From an uncultured bacterium (GTDB lineage Bacteria > CAIJMQ01): DNA of 13,466 nucleotides. The position numbers and the translations under genes are program-made. Each line of letters starts with the position of its first letter. The first letter of the stretch is position 1. The notes under the pieces are model-generated. The model saw only the letters and a program-made list of their open reading frames with translations, had not been told where the DNA came from and did no database searches. The stretch covers positions 1 to 13,466 of the forward strand of contig CAZNJA010000035.1 of the NCBI GenBank assembly GCA_964573245.1, given 5' to 3'. This document shows positions 6,678 to 13,466 of this stretch, piece by piece.

Positions 6678-8615
6678 ATGAAAGATATTATAAAAAAAAT
6701 CATAGGTCTAATTTTTATACTGTATTTCACTATAGGTTTATGTAATGCTGCGGAATCTACGCAACAGAACACCTTTAACGTACTTATTTATCACGATACG
6801 CCCAAAAACGTCGATCTGGATGATTTTGCCGTGGATAGAGTCTCATTTGTCCAGCAGATTGAATATCTGCGCGCCCATGGTTATAACTTCATTAGTTTCA
6901 AAGATATACTCAGGGCAAATAAGGGAGAAATTGTTCTTCCCGAAAAAGCAGTTCTTTTAAGGTCTGACGATGCCTATTTGTCTTTTTATGAGTTCATGTA
7001 TCCCGTTTTGAAATTATATGGTTACCCGTGTATTCTTGGAGTGGTAACCGACTGGATGGAGAATTATCCTTCGGATTATATCAAGGCGCCTCTTATGAAC
7101 TGGGAGCAGCTTCAAGAAGTGGCTAACAGCGGTCTGGTGGAAATTGCCAGTCACAGCCACAATCTTCACCATGATATTCTTTCCAATCCCCAGGGAAATA
7201 CCGCTTGGGCTGCGGTAACACTTGAATATTATCCCGACACACAAACCTATGAGACCAAAGAACATTACAGGGAAAGGGTATATGACGACCTTCTGTTATC
7301 ACGGCAAATTTTAAAAGAAAAACTCGGGGTAGATGCCCGGGCAATTATCTGGCCCTATGGAGAATATAATCAGACCTGTATTGAAGAAGCAAAAAGGGCC
7401 GGATTTAAAGCAACATTCGATGCTACGGATAAATTGGCAAGCGCAGATAACCTTGATGTTGTCTATGGTTCTTTTGTTATGCGTAATCCTACTATAGAAG
7501 AATTCATTGGAAATTTGAAAATAAACTTTTCCACCCCTACGAAACGCCGAGTTATGCACGCAGATTTGGACTTATTATACGACTCTGACAAGGTTCAACA
7601 AAAAGAGAATATAGATGAGTTCATAGAGCGCGCTTTCAGCATGAAAGTCAACACCGTTTATTTACAGGCTTTCTGCGACGAGAACGGAGACGGAGCCATT
7701 TCTTCGGTTTATTTCCCCAACCGCGTGCTCCCTATGCGTGATGACCTTTTCAATCATGTTGCGAACCAATTATCAATCAGGGGTATCAAGGTTTATGCCT
7801 GGATGCCTATGTTGAGTATTGTTTTGCTCAACGAAAGAGAGAACGAGAGATTAAGAGTCATGCAATTCCGTTACGGAGAAAAGACCGCGTCAAGCTCATG
7901 GTATCCGCGCCTTTCGCCTTTTAGCGCCGAAGTGCGCCGGAAACTCGTAATGCTTTATGAAGACCTTTCTGCCGCAAATCCGCGTCTTGACGGTATAGTA
8001 TTTCAGGACGATGGATATCTCAATGACTTTGAAGATTTCAATCCTGCCGCTTTAGCGCAATATCTGAAAATAAGCGGCGGTGAAGACATACCCTATCAAG
8101 AACTTAATGAAGAACAGAAAGAAAGATGGACCAGGCTCAAAACCGAAACGTTGGTTGAACTCACAGAAGAACTCAGGATGGCATTTCTTCGCTATAACCC
8201 TTTCGTAAAATCCGTTCGCACGCTATATGCTCCCGTGTTAACGAATCCGGAAAGCGAAGAATGGTTTGCTCAGAATTATGCCGACAGTTTAAAAGCATAC
8301 GACTATGTTTTCATCATGGCTTATCCGAAAATGGAAAAGGTCAAAAATTCCACAAAATGGCTGCAAAAACTCGTTCAGAAAGCCAAAGAATATCCTGACG
8401 GAATACAAAAAACAATCTTCAAGGTTCAAACATATGACTGGGAAAGAGATAAATGGATTAATTCAAGGATGGTTGATAGTTGGTTAAGAACACTGGTCTC
8501 AGCAGGAGCGCAACATATAGCATATTACCCGGATAACTGTATAGACAACAAACCGGACGAAAAAATCATTCGCTTGATGATGTCCAGCGAAGATTTTCCC
8601 TTTAAAAGAGAATAA
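6678..8615 (+). CDS. pgaB: PNAG N-deacetylase/glycoside hydrolase PgaB (CE4 + GH153 domains)
   Basis: YHD, DD, EIASHSHNLH and WPYGEYN (CE4); NTVYLQAF, YFPNRVLP, VYAWMP, RLSPF, FQDD, WFAQN, IMAYP and YYPDN (PgaB C-terminal domain). Confidence 0.95.
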   Translation: MKDIIKKIIGLIFILYFTIGLCNAAESTQQNTFNVLIYHDTPKNVDLDDFAVDRVSFVQQIEYLRAHGYNFISFKDILRANKGEIVLPEKAVLLRSDDAYLSFYEFMYPVLKLYGYPCILGVVTDWMENYPSDYIKAPLMNWEQLQEVANSGLVEIASHSHNLHHDILSNPQGNTAWAAVTLEYYPDTQTYETKEHYRERVYDDLLLSRQILKEKLGVDARAIIWPYGEYNQTCIEEAKRAGFKATFDATDKLASADNLDVVYGSFVMRNPTIEEFIGNLKINFSTPTKRRVMHADLDLLYDSDKVQQKENIDEFIERAFSMKVNTVYLQAFCDENGDGAISSVYFPNRVLPMRDDLFNHVANQLSIRGIKVYAWMPMLSIVLLNERENERLRVMQFRYGEKTASSSWYPRLSPFSAEVRRKLVMLYEDLSAANPRLDGIVFQDDGYLNDFEDFNPAALAQYLKISGGEDIPYQELNEEQKERWTRLKTETLVELTEELRMAFLRYNPFVKSVRTLYAPVLTNPESEEWFAQNYADSLKAYDYVFIMAYPKMEKVKNSTKWLQKLVQKAKEYPDGIQKTIFKVQTYDWERDKWINSRMVDSWLRTLVSAGAQHIAYYPDNCIDNKPDEKIIRLMMSSEDFPFKRE

Positions 8616-8620
8616 ATAAA

Positions 8621-9886
8621 ATGATACACTTTTGGTTATTTCTTAACTATTTCGTTTTTCTATATCCGCTTTATATGAGTTTAAGTTGGATATTAGGGGG
8701 ACTTATTTTCTATTACCGCAACGAGAGAAAAGTTATAGAATGTCCTTCCCTTAAATCGCATCCATTCTTCTCTGTCATAGTGCCTGCACACAATGAAGAA
8801 GAAGGCATTGCGGATACTATACATAATCTTGAAAAGATAGACTATCCTAATTTCGAGGTAATCGTAGTAAATGACGGCAGTACCGATAAGACTTCTCAGG
8901 TTTTAGACAAACTCGCAAAAGAATATCCCAAGTGGCTCAGAGTAATTAACTTAAGTCCTAACGGCGGTAAAGCCAAAGCTCTAAATATGGGAATACTTAT
9001 GAGTAAAGGTGAACTAATTCTAACGATAGATGCCGACTGTTTCATAAATGCAGATGTTCTTAAATGGATGGCATGGCATTTCGAAAATTCTCCAAGAGTC
9101 GGAGCTATAACCGGCAACCCCCGGATTCTTAATAGAACAACATTATTGGCCAAAGTCCAGCTTGGTGAATACTCCAGTATTATAGGTCTTATAAAGAGAA
9201 CCCAACGCATCTTAGGGAAAGTCTTAACAGTTTCAGGGGTTATCGCTGCTTTCAGGAAGAACGCGTTAAAGGACTGCGGTTTTTTCGATTCCGATACTGT
9301 TACAGAAGATATTGATATAACATGGAAACTACAAAGGAGGTTCTGGGATGTAAGATTCGAACCTCGCGCTCTATGCTGGATACTTACACCCGAAACAGTA
9401 CGGGGATTGTAGAGACAAAGACTGCGATGGTCACAAGGCGGAGTAGAAGTAGTCAAAAAACACATTAATATATGGACCCAGTGGAAACAAAGACGCCTTT
9501 GGCCTGTTCACATAGAATACATAATATCGATAGTATGGGCTTTCTCTCTTGGTTTTTTAATTGTTTCCTGGGCAGTCGCTTACGCTTTAAACGCCTTCGG
9601 ATTAATAGATGTTAATATAGCACAACCATTCATACCACCGACATGGACAGGTTCCATTCTTGCTTTTATATGCATGATTCAACTTGCAACAAGTCTATAT
9701 ATAGATTCCCGTTACGAAGATAGGTCTTTAATGAGATATTATTTCTGGGTTATCTGGTATCCTTTTTTCTATTGGGGAATTAACGCGGTAGCAATATTTG
9801 TTTCTGTATTTAAAATTTTGTTAAGAAAAAAAGGAGTTTCTGTAAAATGGCAAAGTCCCGACAGAGGAATACATACCCTCCAATAA
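8621..9886 (+). pseudogene. pgaC: PNAG synthase PgaC (GT2), 421 codons, interrupted by one in-frame TAG at 9410-9412
   Basis: VPAHNEE, NDGSTD, GGKAKALN, IDAD, TEDIDITW; then PETVRGL*RQRLRWSQGGVEV. The frame stays open through 9886 and joins the 70-aa ORF at 9674, ending WQSPDRG. Confidence 0.9.
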
Positions 9887-10314
9887 TAGACAGACCTGAA
9901 TTTAAATCTCGGCTCAGGCACATAGCAGAAACTGCAATCGCAGCTTCTCTTTGGGCTTTGTGGCTGTATTGGATATCGCCTATTATAACCGTTATACTAT
10001 GGCTGCTCGGCTTACAATTTTTCTATCAGCAAGTCATCACTGAATCCCGCGTATGGGACCTGATAGAAATTCTACACAATGGCGGTTTGGCATTGCTGGT
10101 TATATTCTTTTTTCAACTTGCATGGATTAACTATAATTATTTTCTTATCTTTAAGAGAAAAGGTGAAAGGAGAAGGAAACAGCCTGTTTGTACCGACGAA
10201 GCAATGGCAAAGTTTTTCAGGATTGATCCAAATCTATTAAAAAAAGCCAAGGAATACAACCAAATAGATATTGTTATGGAAGGCAAAGAACTTATCATCA
10301 ACCCTCACCAGTAA
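9847..10314 (+). CDS. pgaD: PNAG biosynthesis protein PgaD
   Basis: Two TM helices, WxxYN (LAWINYN), basic GERRRK, then AxxF motif. Overlaps the pgaC end by 40 nt; AAGGAG at 9831-9836. Confidence 0.88.
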   Translation: MAKSRQRNTYPPIIDRPEFKSRLRHIAETAIAASLWALWLYWISPIITVILWLLGLQFFYQQVITESRVWDLIEILHNGGLALLVIFFFQLAWINYNYFLIFKRKGERRRKQPVCTDEAMAKFFRIDPNLLKKAKEYNQIDIVMEGKELIINPHQ

Positions 10315-10445
10315 TACCACGCCAATTCAAAGATTACGGAGAAAAGACCCCGGAAACACCCGAAAATATAATCAAGGTCAGAATAATTAGAAAGACGAGA
10401 AAATATATTCGGAATGAATAAAGAGTTTCCAGCTTTTACGGGACA

Positions 10446-10712
10446 TTACTTTCCCAAATTCTTCAAAATATATATACGAAGAGGGCACTTACAGAAATAC
10501 TCGGAACCAAAAGCAAATGCAAACTCACATTCCCAAGCTTTTGCCTCCAAACACTTAACAAACGACTCGATATGAATATCTTCAGCTTTGCCTAAGATTT
10601 TAAACCCTGATTCATAGCATCGAAAATTTTTTGAGCATTTCATTTCGCTCATAATTTTTTCTATTTGTTCTTTATGTTTTTGCACTTTTTCTTTCTTTTT
10701 TGCTTGGTCCAA
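10446..10712 (-). CDS. Small Cys-rich hypothetical protein (88 aa)
   Basis: TTG start with GGAG upstream; six Cys as Cx5C...Cx7C...CxCP. Confidence 0.75.
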   Translation of the reverse strand: MDQAKKKEKVQKHKEQIEKIMSEMKCSKNFRCYESGFKILGKAEDIHIESFVKCLEAKAWECEFAFAFGSEYFCKCPLRIYILKNLGK

Positions 10713-11029
10713 AAAATTACTCCAATAGGTAAATTTTTCCAGTTATCAGTAAGACAGGGAGGAGTTTTGGGATTGTCTTCCCTGCAGCAAGTTAATCTTC
10801 CATAGCCAAACCTCATGAGATTCTGACATAAAACAAACAAGTCTTCCCCGTTAAAGCAGACATCTGCAAAATTTCCAATAGTTTCGCGTTCGAGTTTTCC
10901 TTTCCCGTTATTTTTCGCGGCTGATGCCACCAATAAAAGAAGCAGTTCCAATTGTTCTTTTGACAATACACTAATCAACCTCCTGTCAACTTGCTCTAAG
11001 ATTTTTAATGGTTTAAACACTTTTTGCAT
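10661..11029 (-). CDS. Hypothetical protein (122 aa)
   Basis: ATG-started ORF divergent from the XRE gene and downstream of a TTGACA element. Overlaps the next gene by 52 nt. No clear RBS or family recognised. Confidence 0.55.
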   Translation of the reverse strand: MQKVFKPLKILEQVDRRLISVLSKEQLELLLLLVASAAKNNGKGKLERETIGNFADVCFNGEDLFVLCQNLMRFGYGRLTCCREDNPKTPPCLTDNWKNLPIGVIFWTKQKRKKKCKNIKNK

Positions 11030-11082
11030 ATTCCTATAAAAAGGAATTATATAACCTTTTGCATATAAAAGATATACAACAT

Positions 11083-11111
11083 ATTATTCCTAATAATAAC
11101 TTATTTGTCAA
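11083..11111 (-). promoter_or_regulatory. Candidate leftward promoter overlapped by inverted repeat ATTATT-N3-AATAAT
   Basis: Minus strand TTGACA (11111-11106), N17, AATAAT (11088-11083); inverted repeat at 11083-11097. Confidence 0.45.
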
Positions 11112-11172
11112 CTCTTTCAAATACTGCCAAGTTTATCCGCAAAATAGATAAGTAAAACCCAAAGGTTAAAAC

Positions 11173-11201
11173 TTGTATGGCGACATCCATTATGCTAACA
11201 T
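11173..11201 (+). promoter_or_regulatory. Candidate promoter for a leaderless XRE transcript
   Basis: TTGTAT (11173-11178), N17, TG-n-TAACAT (-10 at 11196-11201), ending 7 nt before ATG 11209. Confidence 0.5.
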
Positions 11202-11208
11202 TCCTCCT

Positions 11209-11715
11209 ATGAAAAAGAGGACAGAAGAGACTAATTTTTTATCGGAAGAAATAGGTAAAAAATTAAAAAATACAAGGAAAAAACTACAATTGACCCAGAA
11301 ACAACTTTCGGAAAGAATACATGGCGGAATGGATTATACATACATCGGAAAAATCGAGCGAGGAGATATTATGCCTTCTATAAAAATGCTCAAAAGGATT
11401 AGTGAAGGGTTGCAAATTCCCGTGGATTTTTTCTTTCAGAAAGAAACAGTCGTGGATTTACTTGGGCTACTGCCGCAGGACATAAGAGATATTGCTCAAG
11501 ATATCGATAAGGTCGCTTTTTTCAGAGAGGTAAAGCAGTTAGATAAAGAAGATGTTCCCTTGGTAACCGAAATAATAAGAATACTGAATAAGCACCGTGC
11601 ATCTTTTCGCGAAAGCAAAGTTCACAATTATCTACCCTCAACAAAACACGCCATTGGTTTAGTGGCGGAAAAGAAGAGTCATTATAAACGCAGGGTCAAG
11701 AAATCCGACAAATAA
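11209..11715 (+). CDS. XRE/Cro-CI family HTH transcriptional regulator (168 aa)
   Basis: IGKKLKNTRKKLQLTQKQLSE...YIGKIERG..MPSIKMLKRISEGLQIPVDFFF is a typical HTH_3 pattern. ATG 11209 preferred over TTG 11173. Confidence 0.92.
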   Translation: MKKRTEETNFLSEEIGKKLKNTRKKLQLTQKQLSERIHGGMDYTYIGKIERGDIMPSIKMLKRISEGLQIPVDFFFQKETVVDLLGLLPQDIRDIAQDIDKVAFFREVKQLDKEDVPLVTEIIRILNKHRASFRESKVHNYLPSTKHAIGLVAEKKSHYKRRVKKSDK

Positions 11716-11731
11716 TCTTTCCCTTATCCTA

Positions 11732-12748
11732 TCATTGCTTGTTTGGGAAATATTTTTCTATAGCTGACTGGACATATCCATCATAAGCTATAACCAATTC
11801 GACGATAAATGAAGTAAACTCACTTACTTTCATTCCTATTAGAGGGTGTTGAGGTTGAGATATGGCAACCACGAGTATATCGTCCTTTTTTTCTATCGGA
11901 ATTATGCCCAATTTGCGCACAGCTTTTTCAGGAAGAAGCGTGGCCACTTCTTGCGGGATATCCATGTTGGACAGGTCTACCCAAGGCAGGTGAAATTGAG
12001 TTGCTAAAGCAACGCAGATGTCGGTTGGGGTCACATATTTAAGATCCACTAAAATCCGACCTAACTTCTTGCCCTTCTGCTGTTTTTGTTTGTTTACAGC
12101 GTCTTGCAATTGCTGTTCAGTAATGTATCCCGCACCTCGAATAACTTCTCCCAAAAGTTTGGTCTTGATTTCTTCTGTTTGTTTTGTTCCATCTTTAATT
12201 ATAAAAAACCCTTTAGATTGCCGGACCAAATTTTCGTTTTTCTTCGTATCTTCTTTATCTCTTTCCAACCTTCGCTGTTTAAAGGATTCATCCACTTCTT
12301 CCACAGTAATGTTTTGCTGGTCTATTAACTTTTTGCCCAATAATCTTTTGCAATCGACATCTTTAACCGCAGCAGCATTGATATAAATACGTTCACTTTT
12401 ATCCGCGGGGTTTAGAGGAACAACAAAAAAACCTTTGTCTTTGGAATGATATTTGTTGGTAGAGCCGTCAATTCTCTGTCCGTCCTTAAATTCCACCATC
12501 AACCTATAAGGAAGAACCCCTGCATATGTTGATTGGTCTATGGTTTCTTTGTGCAGGATGTTTCCATTGCTGTCTTTCTTCTTGAGGAAAATAATCTGTT
12601 TGACCGTGTCTACTTTGACAGGAAAATTCTCGGCTTCTCCTTTTGCATTCTTGGCCTGCAAATAAAAAACGGGGAAATTCATATTGAAACTAAAAACTTC
12701 CCCTGCCTTTTCTCCTCCTTCTAAAAACTTAACTATAACGTGGTGCAT
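11732..12748 (-). CDS. Stand-alone MshEN/T2SSE_N (GspE/PilB N-terminal-like) domain protein with duplicated N-terminal beta domain; no ATPase
   Basis: Tandem LGxx(I/L)xxxxYx(T)xxx(L/I)xxAxxxQ motifs at aa ~197-251, followed by LPWVDL...IIPIE...VVAISQP...AIEKYF. No Walker A. Strong RBS AAGGAGG. Confidence 0.85.
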   Translation of the reverse strand: MHHVIVKFLEGGEKAGEVFSFNMNFPVFYLQAKNAKGEAENFPVKVDTVKQIIFLKKKDSNGNILHKETIDQSTYAGVLPYRLMVEFKDGQRIDGSTNKYHSKDKGFFVVPLNPADKSERIYINAAAVKDVDCKRLLGKKLIDQQNITVEEVDESFKQRRLERDKEDTKKNENLVRQSKGFFIIKDGTKQTEEIKTKLLGEVIRGAGYITEQQLQDAVNKQKQQKGKKLGRILVDLKYVTPTDICVALATQFHLPWVDLSNMDIPQEVATLLPEKAVRKLGIIPIEKKDDILVVAISQPQHPLIGMKVSEFTSFIVELVIAYDGYVQSAIEKYFPNKQ

Positions 12749-12988
12749 TCAGCTTGCCTCCTTATTAGTTAGGACAAGCAAACCTGTTTAGATTCTGAAA
12801 ATATTACAATCTAAGTTTTCCCACCTTTTGGAATTCTAACATATACACATATTAAAATGCAAAGGCAAATTCTACGCTTGTCTCCAAAATAAATGCCTGT
12901 TATGTAGTTTCTTCCCTTATGATAACTGCCGAACGTATCTATTTTTACATCTAAATTTAACGTCAAAACGGGGATTTCTACATTCCAA

Positions 12989-13017
12989 TTAAAATTTGCT
13001 CCATTTTATGATATAAT
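12989..13017 (+). promoter_or_regulatory. Extended -10 promoter upstream of gdhA
   Basis: TG-A-TATAAT (13009-13017), with TTAAAA 17 nt upstream of the -10. Confidence 0.55.
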
Positions 13018-13041
13018 CCCTTTGCAGTTGAAGCTAGTTTG

Positions 13042-13076
13042 AACCACGACGTTGTGGAAAACGCCGTGGTTTTTTT
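13042..13076 (+). terminator. Intrinsic terminator-like hairpin upstream of gdhA
   Basis: AACCACGACGTT-gtggaa-AACGCCGTGGTT (11/12 pairs) running into a T7 tract (13070-13076). Confidence 0.65.
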
Positions 13077-13167
13077 ATTTGACAATCTCATACCGAAAAT
13101 GACATCATTAATATAAGAAAATGAAAATTTGCAAAACGCAAAAAACACCAAATTAGGAGGACTCAAT

Positions 13168-13466
13168 ATGCCGAACAAAATTGAAGTTTTTATGGAAAAA
13201 ATTATCAAGAAAAATCCCGGTGAAGTCGAATTTCATCAGACAGTAAAAGAGGTAGCTGAATCTGTAATACCTTTTATCGAAAAAAACCCTAAATATCAGA
13301 AAGCCAAGATATTGGAGAGAATAGCAGAACCTGAAAGAGTAATCATGTTTCGCGTACCCTGGCTGGATGATAAAGGCGGGACCCAGGTTAACCGCGGTTT
13401 CCGTATAGAGATGAACAGCGCCATCGGCCCTTACAAAGGCGGGCTGCGTTTTCATCCCAGCGTAAA
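13168..13466 (+). CDS. gdhA: NADP-specific glutamate dehydrogenase, 5' partial (runs off window)
   Basis: Manual translation: MPNKIEVFMEKIIKKNPGEVEFHQTVKEVAES...ILERIAEPERVIMFRVPWLDDKG..QVNRGFRIEMNSAIGPYKGGLRFHPSV; RBS AGGAGG at 13155-13160. Confidence 0.97.
   Translation, partial: MPNKIEVFMEKIIKKNPGEVEFHQTVKEVAESVIPFIEKNPKYQKAKILERIAEPERVIMFRVPWLDDKGGTQVNRGFRIEMNSAIGPYKGGLRFHPSV

Noticed and set aside
6692..6699. A8 tract near the pgaB start (also A8 in gmhA and A7 in pgaA) as phase-variation sites
   Set aside because: Short A runs encoding Lys are common in this AT-rich DNA, and all frames are intact.
8896..9465. 189-aa antisense ORF and the other short ORFs nested in corA, gmhA, MBL, pgaA, pgaB and the MshEN gene
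   Set aside because: Shadow frames of well-supported genes, with no motifs.
9674..9886. 70-aa ORF as an independent gene
   Set aside because: It is the in-frame C-terminus of pgaC and has no RBS.
10315..10445. Terminator or ncRNA between pgaD and the Cys-rich gene
   Set aside because: No convincing stem with a U-tract on either strand. The TTACGGAGAA 10-mer shared with the pgaA SD region also occurs inside pgaB, so it was treated as chance.
10446..11715. Prophage remnant or toxin-antitoxin pair
   Set aside because: No integrase, att repeats, structural genes or recognisable toxin fold; only the regulatory layout is phage-like.
12978..13455. Minus-strand ORFs of 76 and 100 aa
   Set aside because: Antisense to gdhA and its promoter region; the real gene is on + from 13168.

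Overview
AT-rich bacterial chromosomal window; the gene families suggest an anaerobic Desulfobacterota/deltaproteobacterium, but that is inference only. Gene order: corA (-), stand-alone SIS/gmhA-like isomerase (+), MBL-fold hydrolase (-), a pgaABCD poly-N-acetylglucosamine (PNAG) biofilm operon (+), two small hypothetical genes (-) divergent from an XRE regulator (+), an ATPase-less MshEN/T2SSE_N protein (-), and the 5' end of gdhA (+), which the ORF track missed. Highlights: (1) pgaC is broken by one in-frame TAG at a conserved Trp just before QRLRW, and the rest of the frame is intact. (2) PgaA is enlarged by a 3 x 477-bp TPR triplication containing a 53-bp identical block. (3) PgaB has altered deacetylase motifs. 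(4) The operon lies between a candidate cyclic-nucleotide phosphodiesterase and a stand-alone candidate c-di-GMP receptor. (5) The XRE gene looks leaderless and has repeated operator-like sites. (6) A terminator-like hairpin sits in the gdhA upstream region. No rRNA, tRNA, CRISPR array or mobile element was seen.
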